Positions 16,653-20,000 of a stretch of 20,000 bases of DNA are shown piece by piece. Every line of letters starts with the position of its first letter. Within the stretch, counting starts at the first letter, position 1. Source of the DNA: an uncultured virus (IMG/VR IMGVR_UViG_2912893941_000001) (lineage: Duplodnaviria; Heunggongvirae; Uroviricota; Caudoviricetes); IMG/VR virus record IMGVR_UViG_2912893941_000001, positions 44,319-64,318 of that record, one strand, 5' to 3'. Position numbers and translations under genes: made by a program. Below the pieces are notes generated by a model. That model did not search any database. It saw only the letters and a list, made by a program, of their open reading frames with translations, and was not told where the DNA came from.

Positions 16653-17011
16653 TTCAGGTTTATGAATACGATGAAAATTTCATTTTGACTAAACCCGTTC
16701 CGGTTGAGCCTGATGAAGAAGGGAACTACACAATCCCTGAGAATTGTACAACCGTCCAGCCTCCGTCTTTCATAAAGGCGATGTATCATCCCGCTGAGAA
16801 GACATGGACGGAGGCGGCCACCCAGGAAGAAAAAAAAGCCCTGGAAAAGCAAATTGAAAGCGGGCGGGTGCCTTTTACCGTTGATGAATTGAAAGCTCAG
16901 AACGCGGCCATTACAGAACAACTTGCGGAAGCGCAAAGCCTTGCCGAGTCACAAGCGCAAATGATTGCCAATCTTTATCTAATGCTGGCGGAGGGGGGGA
17001 AAGGGGTATGA
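16649..17011 (+). CDS. Putative tail fibre assembly/accessory protein
   Basis: 120 aa with VYEYDENF, IPENCTTVQPP and WTE motifs and a C-terminal coiled coil. ATGA overlap; lies between the fibre and XkdX-like genes. Confidence 0.68.
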   Translation: MIQVYEYDENFILTKPVPVEPDEEGNYTIPENCTTVQPPSFIKAMYHPAEKTWTEAATQEEKKALEKQIESGRVPFTVDELKAQNAAITEQLAEAQSLAESQAQMIANLYLMLAEGGKGV

Positions 17012-17196
17012 TGGATTGGTTTACAAGCGTAAAAACCATCTACGGATGGGGGCCGCAGTATTACAGTAATGCAGACGTGGCCCGTTTTGTTGAGTGGGGA
17101 AGAATTACAGAAGATGAATACAAACAAATAACCGGCTTAACCTATCCGATGACAAAACAGCCTGTCAGTGTGGATTTAGGCGGCGCCGCAAACTGA
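17008..17196 (+). CDS. XkdX-family protein
   Basis: 62 aa with the VARFVEWGRITEDEYKQITGLTY signature. ATGA overlap. Confidence 0.85.
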   Translation: MMDWFTSVKTIYGWGPQYYSNADVARFVEWGRITEDEYKQITGLTYPMTKQPVSVDLGGAAN

Positions 17197-17198
17197 TC

Positions 17199-17225
17199 AA
17201 CACCCGGAGAGGTGTTTTTTATTTT
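17199..17225 (+). terminator. Intrinsic terminator between the tail and lysis modules
   Basis: AACACC-CGGAGA-GGTGTT followed by TTTTATTTT. Confidence 0.7.
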
Positions 17226-17247
17226 GCCTCGAAGGAGGTGATAACAA

Positions 17248-17670
17248 TTGGAGGGAATATACGTGTGGATGAATTTTGAGAGCTTACAGATCGCAAGAGC
17301 ATATCTTTTTGGGGAGGTGAAATATCTTGATTTAATGCTGGTGCTGAACATCATTGACATCATTACCGGTGTGATAAAGGCATGGAAATTCAAGGAGCTT
17401 CGGAGCCGTAGCGCATGGTTCGGCTATGTGCGTAAGATGCTCAGTTTCCTTGTGGTTATTGTGGCGAATGCTATTGATACGATTATGGATCTGAACGGCG
17501 TCCTGACCTTTGCGACCGTTCTTTTTTATATTGCAAATGAAGGCCTTTCCATCACAGAGAATTTAGCGCAGATCGGCGTTAAAATTCCGGCCGTCATCAC
17601 TGACCGGCTTCACGTAATTGAAAGCGACAACGATCAAAAAACAGAAAAAGACGATCAGGCCGCAGGTTAA
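17248..17670 (+). CDS. Holin, TcdE/phi29 gp14-like family
   Basis: 140 aa with DIITGVIKAW, LRSRSAWFGYVRK and FYIANEGLSITENLAQIGV motifs, about three hydrophobic segments and a charged tail. RBS AAGGAGGTGA; an alternative GTG start lies at 17263. Confidence 0.92.
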   Translation: MEGIYVWMNFESLQIARAYLFGEVKYLDLMLVLNIIDIITGVIKAWKFKELRSRSAWFGYVRKMLSFLVVIVANAIDTIMDLNGVLTFATVLFYIANEGLSITENLAQIGVKIPAVITDRLHVIESDNDQKTEKDDQAAG

Positions 17671-17690
17671 TCCGGCGGCTTTTTTATATT
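17657..17690 (+). terminator. Terminator-like hairpin between holin and endolysin
   Basis: AGGCCGC (17657-17663) pairs with GCGGCTT (17675-17681), followed by TTTTATATT. Confidence 0.6.
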
Positions 17691-17717
17691 TCAAAACAGA
17701 ATAGGAGACGATGAAAC

Positions 17718-18620
17718 ATGGTGAAAATCACTAAAGACTTTATTCCAGTGGGGCACAATAACAGACCGGGATATGCAATGGACCCGGCATACATCACCGT
17801 TCACAACACGGCGAACACGGCAAAAGGGGCAAGCGCAGCCATGCACGCCCGTTATGAGAAAAATCCAGAAACACCCACCAGCTGGCACTTTACAGTAGAC
17901 GAGAAAGAGATATATCAGCATCTGCCATTGAATGAAAACGGATGGCACGCGGGAGACGGAAACCGCGGAACCGGGAACAGGAAATCTATCGGCATTGAAA
18001 TCTGCGAGAATAGCGATGGAGATTTTGAGAAAGCCGTGGCGAATGCTCAATGGTTGATCAAAAAGCTCATGAAGGAGCAGGGGATTTCACTTGCAAACGT
18101 GGTACCTCATAAACATTGGTCAGGGAAACAATGCCCGCGCAAGCTGCTCGATCGATGGGACTCTTTTGAAGCTGGCATCAGCGGGGCATCGTCGTCTTCG
18201 CCAGAAACAAAGCCCGGGGCGACCTACACCGTTAAGAAAGGTGATACTTTATCCGAAATTGCACAGGGGACAGGCGTAAGTATGGCAAACCTCCAGAAAT
18301 GGAATAACATCAAAGACCCGAATAAAATTAAAGTGGGCCAAGTGCTGAAGCTCACGGGGGCATCCAGCTCTTCTAAGCCGTCATCTAGTGGCAAGAAGTA
18401 CGTTTACCTTCCGGCTTCTGCCGACTCATGGCGCATCTATTCGACTAACAAAGCGCCGGTTAAAGGGAATGAATGTGGATTCCTCCGTCCGAAGAAGTTC
18501 GGCGGCCTGAAGTACGAGGTTCTCGGAAATCCGCAGACCGACGTGTACACGATTAAGACGGATCAGTTCGGCAAGGTAAACGTTTATGCTGCGAAGTCCA
18601 CAGGCGCAACAGTAAAGTAA
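17718..18620 (+). CDS. Endolysin: N-acetylmuramoyl-L-alanine amidase (Amidase_2, XlyA/CwlA-like) with LysM and a C-terminal wall-binding domain
   Basis: 300 aa. Predicted Zn ligands H29 (HNT), H131 and C139, and E94 in SIGIEIC. LysM YTVKKGDTLSEIA...IKVGQVLKL; Ser-rich linkers on both sides. Confidence 0.94.
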   Translation: MVKITKDFIPVGHNNRPGYAMDPAYITVHNTANTAKGASAAMHARYEKNPETPTSWHFTVDEKEIYQHLPLNENGWHAGDGNRGTGNRKSIGIEICENSDGDFEKAVANAQWLIKKLMKEQGISLANVVPHKHWSGKQCPRKLLDRWDSFEAGISGASSSSPETKPGATYTVKKGDTLSEIAQGTGVSMANLQKWNNIKDPNKIKVGQVLKLTGASSSSKPSSSGKKYVYLPASADSWRIYSTNKAPVKGNECGFLRPKKFGGLKYEVLGNPQTDVYTIKTDQFGKVNVYAAKSTGATVK

Positions 18621-18640
18621 ACGAAAAGGGAGACGATATT

Positions 18641-18898
18641 ATGGAAGAAGTATTAATTTTCGCGACTATCCTCGCGCCCATCTTAACGGCGCTCGTTCAA
18701 CTCGTTAAGAAGACGATTAAGCTGCCGACGAATATTGTGCCGGCTCTCAGTTTCGTCATCGGTATCGGGTTGGGCGCGATTGCCTATCCGTTTACTGACC
18801 TCGACTTGGTGCTGCGTTTGTGGGCCGGCGGCTTTGCGGGTCTAGCAGCGACGGGTCTTTTTGAAATCGGAACAAAGCGAGAGGGAACTACGAAATAG
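18641..18898 (+). CDS. Second holin, Listeria phage A118 Hol118-like family
   Basis: 85 aa with three hydrophobic segments and the LVQLVKKT and WAGGFAGLAATGLFE motifs. RBS AAAGGGAG. Confidence 0.88.
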   Translation: MEEVLIFATILAPILTALVQLVKKTIKLPTNIVPALSFVIGIGLGAIAYPFTDLDLVLRLWAGGFAGLAATGLFEIGTKREGTTK

Positions 18899-18914
18899 AA
18901 TAACGGAACTTTTT

Positions 18915-18948
18915 GCGGGCGCTTGCGTATGAATACGTAGGTGCCTGC
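18915..18948 (+). other. Long G-U-rich RNA hairpin without U-tract after the lysis cassette
   Basis: GCGGGCGCTTGCGTA-TGAA-TACGTAGGTGCCTGC forms 15 contiguous pairs, four of them G-U, so it folds fully only as + strand RNA. Confidence 0.65.
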
Positions 18949-18967
18949 GCTACATAACGAACAGGTA

Positions 18968-18997
18968 TTGCGGAAAAAGATGGTCGGATAGTATAAT
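18968..18997 (+). promoter_or_regulatory. SigA-type promoter for the membrane protein gene
   Basis: TTGCGG (18968-18973), 18-nt spacer, TATAAT (18992-18997). RBS GGGGAGG at 19011-19017. Confidence 0.65.
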
Positions 18998-19025
18998 TTA
19001 ACTACGAATAGGGGAGGCGTGGAAT

Positions 19026-19391
19026 TTGGAGAAGATTACTGTTAAGGTGCTTATGTATTTGAGCGTCATTTGTTTAGTAGCCGGAATTATTGCGGGTTTT
19101 GTATTATACGATAAGGACGTAGCAGAAGATGCAAAAACGAGTAAAAAGGTAAGCGAAGAACTATACGATAATTCTGTCGCTCAAGCGCAATACAAAACGG
19201 ACAAAGCACTTGCGAACAGTATGCAGTCTTCCGTGTTCTTTAGCGTCTTGGCCGGCTTAGTATCCGGCGCTATTCTTTTCGGGCTCGCGATCATTATTCG
19301 AATCTTAGATGAAGCGAATAGTAGAGCGCATGAGTCCGCGAGTGATCTACGATTAATAAAAAACGATATTCGCGAACAAACTGCGAAATAA
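19026..19391 (+). CDS. Hypothetical two-TM membrane protein (moron-like accessory gene)
   Basis: 121 aa with hydrophobic segments at aa ~9-27 and ~70-92, a polar helical loop and a charged C-terminal tail. TTG start with strong RBS. Confidence 0.8.
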   Translation: MEKITVKVLMYLSVICLVAGIIAGFVLYDKDVAEDAKTSKKVSEELYDNSVAQAQYKTDKALANSMQSSVFFSVLAGLVSGAILFGLAIIIRILDEANSRAHESASDLRLIKNDIREQTAK

Positions 19392-19397
19392 TAAACA

Positions 19398-19428
19398 GCC
19401 CCGTCCTTAACCGGATGGGGCGTTTTTT
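19398..19428 (+). terminator. Intrinsic terminator at the convergent junction
   Basis: GCCCCGTCC-TTAACC-GGATGGGGC followed by GTTTTTT; overlaps the end of the YolD-like gene. Confidence 0.78.
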
Positions 19429-19742
19429 ACGTTTATGATATCCGCAAACCTCACGAAATTAGTATCGCCCTTGGCGTCCTTCACACGAAATTCCTTCCGT
19501 ATGTGATCCACGTAATGAACTGCACCGATTACTTCGCGTATGTATCCGTCGTCATAAAGCTCGAACGACAAATCTGCGCCTACTTCCATCGATTGCGCGA
19601 CCGTCACTTCCATATCCTCGATCTGCTGCGCGTCCAGTTGCGGCTTCTCTACTTTAAGCTTGGCCTCAGCCAATCGCTGAAACCCTTCGCGTAATTCCGG
19701 CAAGATAAAACTCGAAGCCCACAGTTTGTTATCGCTAGTCAT
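19407..19742 (-). CDS. YolD-like family protein
   Basis: 111 aa from the ATG at 19742; GGAGG at 19755-19751 lies 8 nt upstream, so this start is preferred to GTG 19751. Motifs NKLWASSFILPE, KPQLDAQQIE, GAVHYVD and FADII. Confidence 0.88.
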   Translation of the reverse strand: MTSDNKLWASSFILPELREGFQRLAEAKLKVEKPQLDAQQIEDMEVTVAQSMEVGADLSFELYDDGYIREVIGAVHYVDHIRKEFRVKDAKGDTNFVRFADIINVKNAPSG

Positions 19743-19761
19743 GCCGAACACCTCCGGCTTT

Positions 19762-19791
19762 ATTATATGCGAATATGTGTTCGGATATCAA
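19762..19791 (-). promoter_or_regulatory. SigA-type promoter of the YolD-like gene with a LexA (DinR) SOS box in the spacer
   Basis: Minus strand TTGATA (19791-19786), 18-nt spacer, TATAAT (19767-19762). CGAATATGTGTTCG at 19770-19783 has one mismatch to the Bacillus consensus CGAACRNRYGTTCG. Confidence 0.85.
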
Positions 19792-20000
19792 TCGGAAATA
19801 ATTTCTATGATCTCGCTGATGTCGTCGATTTCAAACGTATTCACGATTCGATCCAAGTGTTCGATTGAAATCCGGACCACATGATTACGTGATAATTGAG
19901 AGATGGCTGCGGGGCGTATTCCGACCTTTTCCGAAAATTCGCCTTGGTTTAGTCCGTGCTTCTCCATTAATTTATCGATACGTAAAACCACTCGTCTCAT
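19788..20000 (-). CDS. Cro/C1-type (XRE) helix-turn-helix regulator
   Basis: 70 aa, LMEKHGLNQGEFSEKVGIRPAAISQL...ISIEHLDRIVNTFEI. The ATG is at the window edge, so the RBS and true start cannot be verified. Confidence 0.85.
   Translation of the reverse strand: MRRVVLRIDKLMEKHGLNQGEFSEKVGIRPAAISQLSRNHVVRISIEHLDRIVNTFEIDDISEIIEIISD

Larger units (their letters stand above)
1..20000 (+). mobile_element. Siphovirus-type phage/prophage late region (head, tail, lysis, accessory genes); both ends lie outside the window
   Basis: Dense co-oriented gene array in canonical portal-capsid-connector-tail-baseplate-lysis order. No sheath gene is present, and no att site or integrase is visible. Confidence 0.96.

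Noticed and set aside
591..18279. Numerous antisense and alternative-frame ORFs (for example 591..1007, 1111..1614, 4682..5116, 14346..14744, 17691..18050)
   Set aside because: They overlap well-supported phage genes and show no recognisable motifs; treated as shadow ORFs.
18899..19025. tRNA, type I toxin-antitoxin locus or att site in the post-lysis intergenic region
   Set aside because: No cloverleaf, no small hydrophobic ORF with an antisense partner, and no second copy of a core repeat in the window.

Overview
The whole window is the late (morphogenesis and lysis) region of a siphovirus-type phage or prophage. Protein families, RBS style and a LexA box point to a Bacillus host (inference). 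The + strand order is: portal (5'-truncated), minor capsid, scaffold, major capsid, collagen-like decoration protein, small head protein, four head-tail connector genes, major tail protein, tail chaperone pair joined by a -1 frameshift, tape measure, Dit with an N-terminal GH73 peptidoglycan hydrolase, Tal, beta-helix tailspike with a peptidase-G2-type chaperone, BppU-type fibre, fibre chaperone, XkdX-like protein, holin, amidase endolysin and a second unrelated holin. It ends in accessory genes: a two-TM membrane protein with its own promoter and terminator, an SOS-box-controlled YolD-like gene and a Cro/C1-type HTH gene, the last two on the - strand. The most notable points are the GH73-Dit fusion, the frameshift with a candidate stimulatory stem, a structured scaffold leader, the dual-start holin with a second holin, and the membrane moron. 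All family calls come from motif recognition and synteny, not from database searches.
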